A stretch of DNA of 64,000 nucleotides from an uncultured virus (IMG/VR IMGVR_UViG_3300013382_000005) (taxonomy: Duplodnaviria; Heunggongvirae; Uroviricota; Caudoviricetes), in the IMG/VR virus record IMGVR_UViG_3300013382_000005. One strand, written 5' to 3'. The notes beneath the pieces are model-generated. The model was not told the origin of the DNA. It did not search any database and worked only from the letters and a program-made list of their open reading frames with translations. Shown here piece by piece: positions 9,972 to 20,862 of the stretch (position 1 is the first letter of the stretch; each line of letters begins with the position of its first letter). Both the position numbers and the translations under genes were made by a program.

Positions 9972-10547
9972 ATGCTTTCAATTAATGCTGCTTCAGTATC
10001 CAGACTTTATCAGCAGTCTAATTATGACAAGACAATTCCCGAAAAGGCATTCTATAAGAATAAGATTACTGCTGATGAATATTTTGAAATCGTTGGCGAA
10101 AAGTTTGTTGAGACTCTTGAAAAAGCAAAAGAGCTTAAAATAAAGGAATGCGACAGAACTTGTTCTGAAAACATCACTAATGGTTGTGATGTTAAACTCA
10201 CTGATGGTACAACTGAGCATTTTGCTTTAACAGCCGAAGATCAGATCAATATTGCAACTGCTCAGAAGGCTGTACAGGCTGGCGCAACTGCATTCCCCTA
10301 TCATGCTGATAATTCTCTTTGTAAGATGTATTCAGCAGCAGACATTCTTACTATTATAAATACAGCTACTGTTCATAAGACATATCATACGACTTATTTT
10401 AATCATCTTAAGGTATGGATTAACAGATGCACAACCATTGCTGAAGTAAATGCAATATCTTATGGCACACAACTTCCAGATGACTTAAATGATAGTTTAA
10501 ATACTATTGTTGAAGCAATGAAGCAGATGGTTAGTGTTTCTGCGTAA
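9972..10547 (+). CDS. DUF4376-like tail fibre assembly-associated protein
   Basis: LEKAKELKIKE...HFALTAEDQINI...YHADNSLCKMYSAADI pattern. Confidence 0.6.
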   Translation: MLSINAASVSRLYQQSNYDKTIPEKAFYKNKITADEYFEIVGEKFVETLEKAKELKIKECDRTCSENITNGCDVKLTDGTTEHFALTAEDQINIATAQKAVQAGATAFPYHADNSLCKMYSAADILTIINTATVHKTYHTTYFNHLKVWINRCTTIAEVNAISYGTQLPDDLNDSLNTIVEAMKQMVSVSA

Positions 10548-10581
10548 ATTAATATATATTAAAATACAGGATTGATTTAAA

Positions 10582-11613
10582 ATGCAAAATAAGACAACCA
10601 ATTTAAATCCGAATCATACAGATGTCGATACTTCTTCTTATGAATCAGCAAATGATATAATTGCTTCTAGTAGTTGTTCTTGCGATAAAGATGAAGCAAA
10701 AACAATCAGAGAATTAAGAGACACTGTTAAGAAGAATGCAGAAAGCATTACGAAAAATACTTCTGACATATCTATTAATACAGCTAACATTGATGCTGCA
10801 ACAAAAAGCATTGAAGTTGCTAATACGACGATTGAAACAAACAAGAAGAATATTGATACTATAACTAAGAAGTCTGAAGATACTGACAAAACTATTAAAG
10901 AGATTACAAACAATCTTAGTACAGCTACAGATACTATCAAAACTGTAAAAACAGAGTCTGATAAAAAGATTGATGATCTTACAAATACAGTCAAAAAGAA
11001 TGCAGAATCTGAGAAAAAAGATATAGCTAAATGTAGTAGGCGTAAAATAGCAGTTGAATGCATTCCAGAAAAATCTTTTTATACTGTACATGGAAATGAA
11101 GTTAGAGTTGTAATTCCTTCTGACACAAAATGGGGCAAAGATCAAATTGGCTATAATGAAGAACAGAATCAAGAAAATTATTTATGCTTAAAATATTATG
11201 CTCCAGATAATGCAGTATATTTAAGACAAGCATTAGATACTACTATTCCTGAAGATAAAGCATATTATTCGTGTGATGTTGGAGAATCTTTCCATACCGA
11301 AAAAAATAGCGGTCTTAAATATGGTTGCTATTGGATTGCTATGACTAAAAGAGATAGCGATGGCAATACAATCTATGCTGGCTTTGACTCTGGTACAGAA
11401 GCTAACAACTACAAATACCGTGGCTGCTTTGTAACATATGAGTTTTATGACAAAGATAAAAAAATTATTGCAAAAGATCTTATTCGTCTCAATCTTGTAA
11501 CTGATGATTGTATAAAGAATTATAAGCCTTGGTATATGAATGAATATATATCTAAAGAATATCTTGAGTCTGACGAAGGTAAGGCGTATCTTAAAGGACT
11601 CCTTGGATTATAA
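10582..11613 (+). CDS. Coiled-coil virion-associated protein
   Basis: 343 aa with a heptad-like N-terminal half. Confidence 0.6.
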   Translation: MQNKTTNLNPNHTDVDTSSYESANDIIASSSCSCDKDEAKTIRELRDTVKKNAESITKNTSDISINTANIDAATKSIEVANTTIETNKKNIDTITKKSEDTDKTIKEITNNLSTATDTIKTVKTESDKKIDDLTNTVKKNAESEKKDIAKCSRRKIAVECIPEKSFYTVHGNEVRVVIPSDTKWGKDQIGYNEEQNQENYLCLKYYAPDNAVYLRQALDTTIPEDKAYYSCDVGESFHTEKNSGLKYGCYWIAMTKRDSDGNTIYAGFDSGTEANNYKYRGCFVTYEFYDKDKKIIAKDLIRLNLVTDDCIKNYKPWYMNEYISKEYLESDEGKAYLKGLLGL

Positions 11614-11630
11614 TATAAGTTAATATATAC

Positions 11631-11672
11631 ATACCGTTATTTTTAGTTATATAAGAATAACGGTATTTTTTA
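11631..11672 (+). terminator. Rho-independent terminator
   Basis: ATACCGTTATT...AATAACGGTAT stem followed by a T-run. Confidence 0.6.
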
Positions 11673-11792
11673 TTTATTTAATTTAAATTATTCTGTAAAA
11701 AGATAAGAATTTGATTACAGTAATAAATACATTGTAGACAAGCAAAATGCTTATCTAACAAATTTATAGAATATCGAAAGGAAAAATTCGAT

Positions 11793-13685
11793 TTGGCTAT
11801 TATAGGTACTTTTCATTTACCTTCTGGCATGAGCCAGAACGATGAGACCGAGCTTCGCAATCTTATTGCTAAGGGCGGTATAGTTGATATTGCAAATAAG
11901 CAGATTGTCATTAAGAATGGCTCTGCTGATGACGCAGAAACTTTATTTACTATTCCGATCACAGAAATTCCGAAGCTTATGAGCGGCGATGCTTCTTCTG
12001 TTGGTACTACCGTTACTGTCAGCGATGATGGTAAGATTAAGGTTGATATCAAAGATGAAGTTCTTACTGACGCCGATAAGGATGTCGCTTCCGGCCTTGC
12101 TACTCTTGATGCTGATAAAAACCTTGTCCAGGCTGCAAAAACTTATGCTGGCGGCACTGGCACGATTAAAGAAAAGTTTGATACCACTGATACTGCAATT
12201 CAGGGTATTCAGACCACTCTTGCTGGCTTAACTGGTGCATACGTTTATATTGGTAAGATTGATTCCGATGCGCCTACTGCTGAGGAACTTACTGCTAAGG
12301 CTACTGAACTTCTTGGTGAAGGCAAAACCCTCTCTGTTGGTCACGTTATCGTTGATAACGCTGGCATTGAGTGGTGGTATGATGGCACGACATGGGTTAA
12401 CCTTGGTCAGACCATTATTACTGTTGCAACCAAGGACGTTGCCGGTGTTGTTAAGGGCAGCGATGATGTAGAGATTGCAGCTGATGGCACTCTTACTGTT
12501 AAGCATGCTGCTGATGCTACAACTCTTAATGGTGTAGCAGCTGATCAGTATGTTACTAATACAACTCTTAACGAACTTGTTAAGATGCCTATCGTTTATA
12601 GCTTAACTGCTACTCTTGATGATGCAGATGCAGATAAGCTTGCTACAATTACTACTCCTAAGTCCAATGATATTGCAATTATTGTAAGAGCGGACGGTGG
12701 AGTTACATATTCAACTGTTTCGTATATCTACTACGATGAAGAGTGGCATGCTCTCTGTGGTAAGGTAACTGCTGATGATGTTCTCTTCACTTCTGATATC
12801 ACGCTTGCTGGCGATTATACTGCTGTCGGTAACATTAAGCTTGCTTCTGGTAAGTTTAATGCAAAGGGTAAGACTCTTTCTCAGATTATGACTGAGATCT
12901 TCACTAAGAAGCTTCAGCCTAAGATTACTGCTAGTCCTGCTGTTTCTGGCTTCGCACTGACTGGTGCTAAGGCGGTTGAAGCTGGTACTAAGCTGTCTTC
13001 TGTTTCATTTGGTACTGCAAAGCTTTCTACTGGTTCTTATACTTACGGTCCTGCTACTGGTATCACTGCTAAGACATTCTCTGTTCAGCGTGTAACCAAT
13101 AATACAGATCTTAATGTTGTAGTTGCTACAGCAGCTTCTGGTACTGATGATAATTCAGGTAATGGATTTGTTATTGGCGATCAGGCTGGCGATATTAATT
13201 CGCTTAAGTATACTGTAACTGTTGGTTATGATGCTGGTGCAGTTGCTAAGGACAACCTTGGCGGTGAGTCTTCTCCTAAGGTTCAAATTACTGCTGGTAC
13301 TAAAACACAAACTACTGCTGCATATACTCCTTTCCGTAACGCTTTCTATGGCACACTTGCAAATGAGTTTGACCATACCGCTAGTACTGCCGCAGATACA
13401 ATTAGAAGTCTTACCAAAACTGGCAAGGCACTTTCTAAGGGCAATTCGTTTGTAATTAATGTCCCCGCAGATGTTAAGTCTTGTGTATTCGCATATCCTG
13501 CTTCTCTTCCGACTGTTTCGAGTGTTATTTACAAGGAAGGTATGAACTCTGATGTCAAAGACACGTTCGATGAATATGAGCTTACAGTTCCTGGCGCTAA
13601 TGGATATACTGGAATAAAGTATAGAGTCTTTGTCTTTAATGCCGCTGGTGGTATTACTGCTCGTACCTATACTGTTACTATATAA
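11793..13685 (+). CDS. Virion structural protein (fibre/decoration-like)
   Basis: 630 aa, TTG start with RBS GAAAGGA; A/T/G/D-rich; WWYDGTTWVNLG and ATKDVAGVVK fibre-type motifs; strong codon bias. Confidence 0.7.
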   Translation: MAIIGTFHLPSGMSQNDETELRNLIAKGGIVDIANKQIVIKNGSADDAETLFTIPITEIPKLMSGDASSVGTTVTVSDDGKIKVDIKDEVLTDADKDVASGLATLDADKNLVQAAKTYAGGTGTIKEKFDTTDTAIQGIQTTLAGLTGAYVYIGKIDSDAPTAEELTAKATELLGEGKTLSVGHVIVDNAGIEWWYDGTTWVNLGQTIITVATKDVAGVVKGSDDVEIAADGTLTVKHAADATTLNGVAADQYVTNTTLNELVKMPIVYSLTATLDDADADKLATITTPKSNDIAIIVRADGGVTYSTVSYIYYDEEWHALCGKVTADDVLFTSDITLAGDYTAVGNIKLASGKFNAKGKTLSQIMTEIFTKKLQPKITASPAVSGFALTGAKAVEAGTKLSSVSFGTAKLSTGSYTYGPATGITAKTFSVQRVTNNTDLNVVVATAASGTDDNSGNGFVIGDQAGDINSLKYTVTVGYDAGAVAKDNLGGESSPKVQITAGTKTQTTAAYTPFRNAFYGTLANEFDHTASTAADTIRSLTKTGKALSKGNSFVINVPADVKSCVFAYPASLPTVSSVIYKEGMNSDVKDTFDEYELTVPGANGYTGIKYRVFVFNAAGGITARTYTVTI

Positions 13686-13715
13686 TGAGAATAGGATATT
13701 TGGAGGTAAATAACA

Positions 13716-15251
13716 TTGGCTATTAATGATAGTAAATTCTCTTTCTTAGGATTCCCTATGGGTTTCAAGCGCGACCTTGCGTTTGCCCTTGATAGATCCT
13801 CTATATTCTATTCTTATGAAGATGCTGTAAAGTATGCAAAAGGTGATGTAACTAATCCAGACTCACGCAATCTTTGTGCTACTTCTTATATCGGTCAGAT
13901 TATTTCTGTTCTTACTGTTTCTGGTGATTCAGTTACCAAGGCAGAAATTTATAAGATTGATAAGGATAGGACTCTTGCTTCTCTTGACAGTATGCCTCTC
14001 GATGGCACTTCTGTTACGACTATTGATGGCAAGCTTTCACTTGCTGGATTTGCCGCCGCTGAAAATGGCGCGCAGCCTAAGGTAACTGTTGATAGCGATG
14101 GCAATCGTACTATTACATGGGCTGTTCCTGATACTACGACTGTTGAAGGTCTTCAGACTACTGTTGATACATTAAAGACTGATGTTGACGCTCTAAAGAC
14201 TACTGTCGGTGGTGCTGAGTCTGGTCTTGTTAAGGATGTAGCAGATCTTCGTACTGATGTCGATAAGACTGATGGAAAGATTACTGATGCACTTAAAGGT
14301 TATGTAAATAATGCAACTTATGATGCAGATAACCTTAAGCTTACTCTTCCTATGGTTGATGCTGATGGCGCAGATAAGACTCTCGTTATCAATCTTCCTA
14401 AGGATAACTTTGTAAGATCTGGTCGTTATGAAGCTGCTTATAAGTCTGCCGAAGATGCAGATCCTATTGCTGCTATCATTCTTACTGTTGGTAATGGTAC
14501 TGATTCCAGCGAAGTTGTCATTCCTGCCACTTCTCTGATTGATACTTATGCTGCTGATAACTCTGGTAAGAAGGCAGTTACTGTCACCATCACTGATAAC
14601 AATAAGATTTCTGCGGCTCTTGAACTTGCTGCTGATACGATTCTTTCTATTAATGCAGACGGCAAGCTTACTATTGATACAACTGCTATTTATACAGAGA
14701 TCACTAATAAGCATAAGGAAAATGCGGACGCAATTGCCGCTCTTTCTGAGTCGACTACAACAGAACTTACTGCTGTAAAAGCTGCTCATAATACTCTTGA
14801 TACTGCATTCAAGGCTCATACGCATAATGGAACTGATGCTCCGAAAGTTAGTTTCGATGATCTTGCTGATGTTCCTACTGATCTTGTTCATACCAAAGAT
14901 CTTACTGATGCAGTTGCTAACGCAAAGACCGAACTTAATACTGAGATTGCTAAAAAGCAGGATCAGGTTCTTATTAAGACAGTTACTCTTGCAAAAGCTT
15001 CTTGGACAAAGAATGCAGATACCGGCATTTATTCATATAATGTAGCTCTTACTGGTGTTGCAGATAACTGTGTTATCGATATTACTCCTGCTACAAATGA
15101 TGATGGTACCGCAGCTCTTGATGCTCATATTAAGCAGGTTCTTGTTGATCATATCGCTGATGGTTATGTTGTAATTGAAGCTGGTGCTGAACCTTCTGCT
15201 GATATTACTGTCAACATTGCAATCATTCCTTCTGTAAAGACTCTCGCATAA
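13716..15251 (+). CDS. Virion structural protein
   Basis: 511 aa, RBS GGAGG; FKRDLAFALD...SYIGQIISV N-terminus, coiled coil, C-terminal VTLAKASW...PSADITVNI. Confidence 0.7.
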   Translation: MAINDSKFSFLGFPMGFKRDLAFALDRSSIFYSYEDAVKYAKGDVTNPDSRNLCATSYIGQIISVLTVSGDSVTKAEIYKIDKDRTLASLDSMPLDGTSVTTIDGKLSLAGFAAAENGAQPKVTVDSDGNRTITWAVPDTTTVEGLQTTVDTLKTDVDALKTTVGGAESGLVKDVADLRTDVDKTDGKITDALKGYVNNATYDADNLKLTLPMVDADGADKTLVINLPKDNFVRSGRYEAAYKSAEDADPIAAIILTVGNGTDSSEVVIPATSLIDTYAADNSGKKAVTVTITDNNKISAALELAADTILSINADGKLTIDTTAIYTEITNKHKENADAIAALSESTTTELTAVKAAHNTLDTAFKAHTHNGTDAPKVSFDDLADVPTDLVHTKDLTDAVANAKTELNTEIAKKQDQVLIKTVTLAKASWTKNADTGIYSYNVALTGVADNCVIDITPATNDDGTAALDAHIKQVLVDHIADGYVVIEAGAEPSADITVNIAIIPSVKTLA

Positions 15252-15264
15252 ATAAAGACTCAGA

Positions 15265-15645
15265 ATGATATCGACTTATTTTAATCTACCAGCTATTGAC
15301 AAAACTTCTTTATTAAAGAATGATGATAGCTTTATTTCAGAATTGTCTTTTGAATTAAAAGCGTCTAATGCGCCACAAGCTACAATCTCTTCTTTAGTAG
15401 ATAGTACAATATGCGAGGCTAATGTATATATAGTTGATACATTCGATAATAATGCTACAATAAGTATTGGTACATCTGCTGACAGTTCCGCAATTATGTC
15501 AGCAGATGATATTGATGCTCAAACATCTGCCCAATATTGCAATGATAGTTTACTGTATAACGTAACATCTCCATTAATAATTAAACTTACTGGAGCACCT
15601 GCGTCTGGTACAGCATTAATTAGTTTAAAGTTCTATAGATCGTAA
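15265..15645 (+). CDS. Hypothetical structural protein
   Basis: 126 aa ORF in the operon. Confidence 0.6.
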   Translation: MISTYFNLPAIDKTSLLKNDDSFISELSFELKASNAPQATISSLVDSTICEANVYIVDTFDNNATISIGTSADSSAIMSADDIDAQTSAQYCNDSLLYNVTSPLIIKLTGAPASGTALISLKFYRS

Positions 15646-15666
15646 TAGGAGGATACATAAATTACT

Positions 15667-15933
15667 ATGCCAAACATTTTTAAGAAGCTTAATGGCGTAA
15701 TCAATAACGTATTCTCCATTGGCTTAAAAAATAATAAAACAACCTTTACGTCTACTGCTGCTAAATTAGCTATAGATAAAGGGATAGATGTCGGAGCAAA
15801 TAAAATACAAAGTTCTGCCACGCCAAATGATCAGAACGATGTAGTAAATGTCGCTTATGTATCTTCTCAAATAACTGCAAACAAGGTTAAACTTACTTAT
15901 GATGCTACTGCTAAAAGTTTGACCATTAGTTAA
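15667..15933 (+). CDS. Hypothetical structural protein
   Basis: 88 aa, RBS AGGAGG; PNDQNDVVNVAYV fibre-type motif. Confidence 0.6.
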   Translation: MPNIFKKLNGVINNVFSIGLKNNKTTFTSTAAKLAIDKGIDVGANKIQSSATPNDQNDVVNVAYVSSQITANKVKLTYDATAKSLTIS

Positions 15934-15966
15934 ATCAATATTTCTCCTTTTTCAATATAGATTTTA

Positions 15967-16018
15967 GGCATATCACAGCAAATATATTATTGTATATTTG
16001 CCTTTGATATGTCTTTTA
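15967..16018 (+). terminator. Hairpin terminator
   Basis: GGCATATCA-CA-GCAAATATA...TATATTTGC-CTT-TGATATGTC followed by TTTT. Confidence 0.5.
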
Positions 16019-16087
16019 TTTATTTTTATGCACGAAACATAACAGTAATATATTTTTAGATATTAACTAAATAAAGGATGTGATTTT

Positions 16088-16468
16088 ATACCTGCACAAG
16101 AATCATTATTATATAGCTCAACAGACGAAGCTATATATCCAATAACTACTTCTACTGCTGTATATATGGCAAATGGAAACACTATAGATTCAGAAATTAA
16201 AAATAAGAGCGAAAAACATATAGCTACGCTCGTAACACTAAAAGCTAATAACTGGAATAAGACAAATAAATCTTATTCTCTGTCTCTTAATGGTGTTACT
16301 ATTACAAATACTATTTTTGTAAGTCTTCATGATCCAATAAATCAGGCATCTAAACAAGCATTGTATAAAATATCTGTAGTTAGTCAATCAGATAGCAATT
16401 TACAATTCAATTGTAAGGTTGTGCCCTCCGAAGATATTACATTAGATGTAGTTATTTTAGGATCTTAA
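16088..16468 (+). CDS. Hypothetical tail protein, probable ATA start
   Basis: The frame is open upstream of ATG 16166 through ATA 16088, which follows RBS AAGGATGTGA. The extension adds an IYPITTSTAVY motif. Confidence 0.55.
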   Translation: MPAQESLLYSSTDEAIYPITTSTAVYMANGNTIDSEIKNKSEKHIATLVTLKANNWNKTNKSYSLSLNGVTITNTIFVSLHDPINQASKQALYKISVVSQSDSNLQFNCKVVPSEDITLDVVILGS

Positions 16469-16492
16469 AAAATATATAAAAGGAGAAAAATT

Positions 16493-18397
16493 TTGATTAT
16501 AGATAATCTCAGTTTATATTCTTCAGCCGGTCAATCTTCAGATTCTGGAAATTCTTCTGGTTCACAATATACGAATAATAAACCAGCATATTTAAATAAT
16601 AAAAATAATTATGTAATCGAAGATTTCCGTGATGCTAAAAGCATACAAAATATGTTTATAGACAAAGATGGATGTCTATGTAAAAGAAAAAGCACATACA
16701 AAGTCACAAATACAGTAGGATTAATTGATGTCACTGAATGTGTAATTGATGGCGCAAAGATTATATTCTATCTTGATACCAGCCTGAAACTATATAAATG
16801 TATTTATAATGATGCTTTAGGGAAATATGCAAGTCCTGTTTTTTGTGTCACAATTCCAAGCAGCGACGTAAAAACAAAAGAAAATATAAAATTATTCTTC
16901 TGTGATAATAATTTATATATTGTAGGTGGCGGAATATATTATAAATATTTATATAAAACAGCGATTACTTCTGGAAGTACAGATGCTTCTAAAGTTTTAG
17001 CTGGTTTGGCAAATACTGCCTATATTCCACTTATAAAACGAGGCGGTATAAGTAACAAAACAGGACAACCTTATGAAATCAGGAATGTTTTGACAAAACA
17101 GGTCAGAGTGACCCTCAACACCTCAACCAGCACCTCCGTCTACTGGCTCGGCAAAGGCATCGAGTCGGTCGACAAAGTCATCTACGGCGGCACCGTGATC
17201 ACCGACTGGACATGGGAGGCATTCATCTACAACACGTCGCTCACCTTCACCCGCTCCTTTGACAACAACAACGAAGAGCCGCTCGAGGTCTGGTACACAT
17301 TAAAAGATGAAGATACAAATTACCAAAACATAATTAATGCATCTAATGTATCTGTATTATCATATAATAGTTATAATTTAATCTGTCTATATAACTCTAA
17401 TTCATTAAATATATCACATAACAAATTATTAACTGAGTCTGATAAAGTTGACTATTTCAAATCAGGTTCTAATTTATATGTATCATTACATTTAACCGGC
17501 AATATTCTCAACATCATTCCATTAGCTAATAATAAATTTGCAGTTATAACAGACACAAATATCACTATATGTAGTATTCATCATTTGCTTGATACTGAAA
17601 CAAATCAGTATAATTATACTGCTGAATCAGATTATATTATCAATGATTTAAATATATTATATAACTCGAAATCAACAGGATGCGAAAATACTATATATTG
17701 CACATTGAATAACTATAATATTGGAATTATTAAAATCGATCCAATATATAATAAATATACTTATTCTATTGTTGATTTAAGTGAATTGTATGATACACAT
17801 GAGTATAGTACAGAACTTTATAAATATAATGGAATATATTATAATACGCAAGAAAATCATTTACATATATATGGGGACATAGAACTCGTATATGATTTAA
17901 ATTATAATACAGTTTATATTTATACTGGATCATTACACGCACGTGATAAAATTGTAGCTGATGATGTAATTGTTGATGCTTCAACAATAATACAAATATA
18001 TAATGGGCAATATGGTATTGATAATGATACATTTTATACCGGAAGTTATGAGAGTAAATATTTAGATCTTGGCAATCCAACTGTAACTAAGATCATAGAT
18101 TCAATAAGCACAACAGTTGAAAAATGTAAGTCTACGAATACAGCTATAAGTTCTGTTGTAACTATTGTTCCATCTACTGATATGAGTACTATTACAAGAA
18201 GTTCTTGTACATCAGACATCACAAATGCTGGAGTCAATGTTCCAATTGTGTCATCTAGCAGTGTTGATAGTTTAACAGCTAATAGTATATCTATCAAGGT
18301 TTCATTGCCTTCTAATATTTATAAGTTATATAATATAATTTTCAAACGCACTTTGTCTACAAGCTTAATGGACAGTAATACGGGCACTTCAAATTGA
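16493..18397 (+). CDS. Large tail/virion protein containing an in-frame GC-rich patch
   Basis: 634 aa, RBS AAGGAG; 17101-17290 is about 57% GC by manual count. Confidence 0.7.
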   Translation: MIIDNLSLYSSAGQSSDSGNSSGSQYTNNKPAYLNNKNNYVIEDFRDAKSIQNMFIDKDGCLCKRKSTYKVTNTVGLIDVTECVIDGAKIIFYLDTSLKLYKCIYNDALGKYASPVFCVTIPSSDVKTKENIKLFFCDNNLYIVGGGIYYKYLYKTAITSGSTDASKVLAGLANTAYIPLIKRGGISNKTGQPYEIRNVLTKQVRVTLNTSTSTSVYWLGKGIESVDKVIYGGTVITDWTWEAFIYNTSLTFTRSFDNNNEEPLEVWYTLKDEDTNYQNIINASNVSVLSYNSYNLICLYNSNSLNISHNKLLTESDKVDYFKSGSNLYVSLHLTGNILNIIPLANNKFAVITDTNITICSIHHLLDTETNQYNYTAESDYIINDLNILYNSKSTGCENTIYCTLNNYNIGIIKIDPIYNKYTYSIVDLSELYDTHEYSTELYKYNGIYYNTQENHLHIYGDIELVYDLNYNTVYIYTGSLHARDKIVADDVIVDASTIIQIYNGQYGIDNDTFYTGSYESKYLDLGNPTVTKIIDSISTTVEKCKSTNTAISSVVTIVPSTDMSTITRSSCTSDITNAGVNVPIVSSSSVDSLTANSISIKVSLPSNIYKLYNIIFKRTLSTSLMDSNTGTSN

Positions 18398-19326
18398 AAA
18401 ATATAAAAGAATTACTTAATATTGAAAAAATACTTGAACCTCTCATAAATAAGAAGTCAAGTAGTAAAAAAGTAAATGTTCAAAATGCATCTATTGTTCA
18501 ATATGGATCTACAGATAATACACCTACTGTTGAACGTGCTAAAGTACCTATTCTTCAGATGTATGCTAGACAAGATGTTCATAACGATGCTGCGCCAAAT
18601 GACAGTACTACAAAAACAACAGAATCTAAGTTTTACCCATTAGTATCAAGTGATGCTGTTGTTGTTGATTCTATAAAATATATTAGAATGCTTGAATGGT
18701 GCAAATCAATTATATCTACTTATGGAATAAAAATTGGACTTACTCAGGATCAAATTAATTCCTATTTAAGTGAATGCGAAAAAGACATTTCAAGCGAACA
18801 ATCTATCGATGTTTACAATATTCATGATATATTTGCCCCAATTGATCGTACAATAGAACTAGTCGAAGAATTATATAATGTTGTTAGCAATCATTCTAAT
18901 CATTCTTTAACGTATGATTTAAATGAAAACTTTGATATATCAAAAGACAAATGGAATAAAGCCTCGTCTAATAATTTGTTAGAATATTATACATATAATG
19001 TAGATATATCAAGTATGTTATATGCCGTAAATAATAAATTAATAACTGACGACAATTCAAATACAAATCTAGATCTATCTTTTGCCATCAGTTCATATGA
19101 ACAATGCACCAGCGACTATAAAACGGTTAATACATCAGATATATTAACAACAGCAGACATACAATCTAGCAATATTGAAAATATACTTTTATTTTCTGAA
19201 TATGGTATAACTAAAATCGACGAAGATATACAAAATAATACCATTACTATAATGTCAAAAAAACATCCAGATAAAGATATAAAAATCAATGTTGCAATTA
19301 GTGCCAGAATTATAACTTCAAAATAA
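18394..19326 (+). CDS. Hypothetical protein
   Basis: 310 aa ORF overlapping the previous stop codon. Confidence 0.6.
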   Translation: MKNIKELLNIEKILEPLINKKSSSKKVNVQNASIVQYGSTDNTPTVERAKVPILQMYARQDVHNDAAPNDSTTKTTESKFYPLVSSDAVVVDSIKYIRMLEWCKSIISTYGIKIGLTQDQINSYLSECEKDISSEQSIDVYNIHDIFAPIDRTIELVEELYNVVSNHSNHSLTYDLNENFDISKDKWNKASSNNLLEYYTYNVDISSMLYAVNNKLITDDNSNTNLDLSFAISSYEQCTSDYKTVNTSDILTTADIQSSNIENILLFSEYGITKIDEDIQNNTITIMSKKHPDKDIKINVAISARIITSK

Positions 19327-19330
19327 TACT

Positions 19331-19765
19331 ATGATTAAAAGAATATTAAAGCCAATTATATTATTCAATATTGGCGGAACGGTATATGTTTTTATGGAAT
19401 TAACTTTTCGTGGGCGATCTCATATTGCAATGTATTTCGTTGGTGGACTAGCATTCTTAATGATAGGATTCATAAATGAAATTAAACCATTAAAAACATT
19501 GCCGTTATTCTATCAGTCTATATTGGGAAGCCTTATAGTAACTTCCCTTGAATTGATTTTTGGCTATATCTTTAATATAATTCTTAAATGGGATATCTGG
19601 GACTATAGCAACTTGCCATTTAACTTTCATGGACAAATATGTTTGCCATTTTCAATCTTATGGATCTTTGTGAGTTTATTTGCTATAGTCTTAGATGATT
19701 ATGTAAGATATAAATTATTTGATGAAAAAAAGCCCATATATACATTTTTCAGTAAATATTTTTAA
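19331..19765 (+). CDS. Membrane protein, CmpB/DUF1113-like (often annotated putative ABC permease)
   Basis: Four hydrophobic segments; ELTFRGRSH...WDYSNLPFNFHGQICLPFS motif. Confidence 0.7.
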   Translation: MIKRILKPIILFNIGGTVYVFMELTFRGRSHIAMYFVGGLAFLMIGFINEIKPLKTLPLFYQSILGSLIVTSLELIFGYIFNIILKWDIWDYSNLPFNFHGQICLPFSILWIFVSLFAIVLDDYVRYKLFDEKKPIYTFFSKYF

Positions 19766-19788
19766 TCGAATGGGATGGCGATAATAAC

Positions 19789-20850
19789 TTGAATATAAAT
19801 TTAGAAGGCGATCTCGGTTCTATCACTCAAATCGATTTCGAAAATTTTCTTAAAACAAATTATGGTATAGGGAATACAATGCCTATGGCATTACCAACAT
19901 TCGATTATACCAAACATAAGTATCCATATTGTGTTTCATACACAATTGATAATCAACTACATTATTTATTTACTTGCGAATTTTATGATTCTTTTTCTAA
20001 ATATAAGACCTATTATCTTATAAGTACAGAGGCAATAATAGATAATACTGATGAACCAGATATTCCTACAATTTATTATATAAAGAGTAGATATCTTAAA
20101 CCTATATCTGGTATAGCGAAAGGTATATGGACTGATTGGTCTACAGAAGATCCTTATACTTATAACTTCCTGCTTGCTTGCGGTGGAGTCAGTAGTGGAA
20201 GTGATAGTTCTGGCGGAAGTAAAATTACTCTTAAAATTTGGAATACTCAAACTGAATTTGAAAAAAGCAGTATAGATCTTACGATAAATAAAATTATCCC
20301 AAGTATTTTGTGTTCTTCTGAAGACTCATCTTTCTTTGGAATGAATATGAATGAGCTATATCTACTTGAAGACACTTCTGTTCCCATATATGTACTACGA
20401 CTTACTACAACAAATAGCGATGGCACAGTAAATGTCGTAGATGACGACACTATTCTTGAAAAACAAACACAAGAAATTGCATGTTACTTAAAGTGGTTAT
20501 GTCAAACAAACCAGCAACAATCTGCATACGCTTATGCTACTTTGTATATAAACGATGCTGATTTGCAAGCACTCTACAATCTTGCCCTTGAAGATTATAA
20601 ACAAGATAATCCTAATGCAACAGAAGACGAAATAGCAGCGCAAGAAGAAGAATTTCAAAAACAAATGTCACAAATCAAAGAAATGGACCAATTCAATTCT
20701 TTGTTACTTATTGAATACTCTTTAATTGAAAATAAAACATCGGTAACAGTAATTTCTTCTTCATCTTCTGGTTATGGAAATGTAAGAGCTGATACAAGTT
20801 CTAAAAATTCTGGTATGTGTTATGAAGTTCTAATGCCACCTACACAATAA
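19789..20850 (+). CDS. Hypothetical protein
   Basis: 353 aa ORF. Confidence 0.6.
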   Translation: MNINLEGDLGSITQIDFENFLKTNYGIGNTMPMALPTFDYTKHKYPYCVSYTIDNQLHYLFTCEFYDSFSKYKTYYLISTEAIIDNTDEPDIPTIYYIKSRYLKPISGIAKGIWTDWSTEDPYTYNFLLACGGVSSGSDSSGGSKITLKIWNTQTEFEKSSIDLTINKIIPSILCSSEDSSFFGMNMNELYLLEDTSVPIYVLRLTTTNSDGTVNVVDDDTILEKQTQEIACYLKWLCQTNQQQSAYAYATLYINDADLQALYNLALEDYKQDNPNATEDEIAAQEEEFQKQMSQIKEMDQFNSLLLIEYSLIENKTSVTVISSSSSGYGNVRADTSSKNSGMCYEVLMPPTQ

Positions 20851-20862
20851 TAACAATACAAT

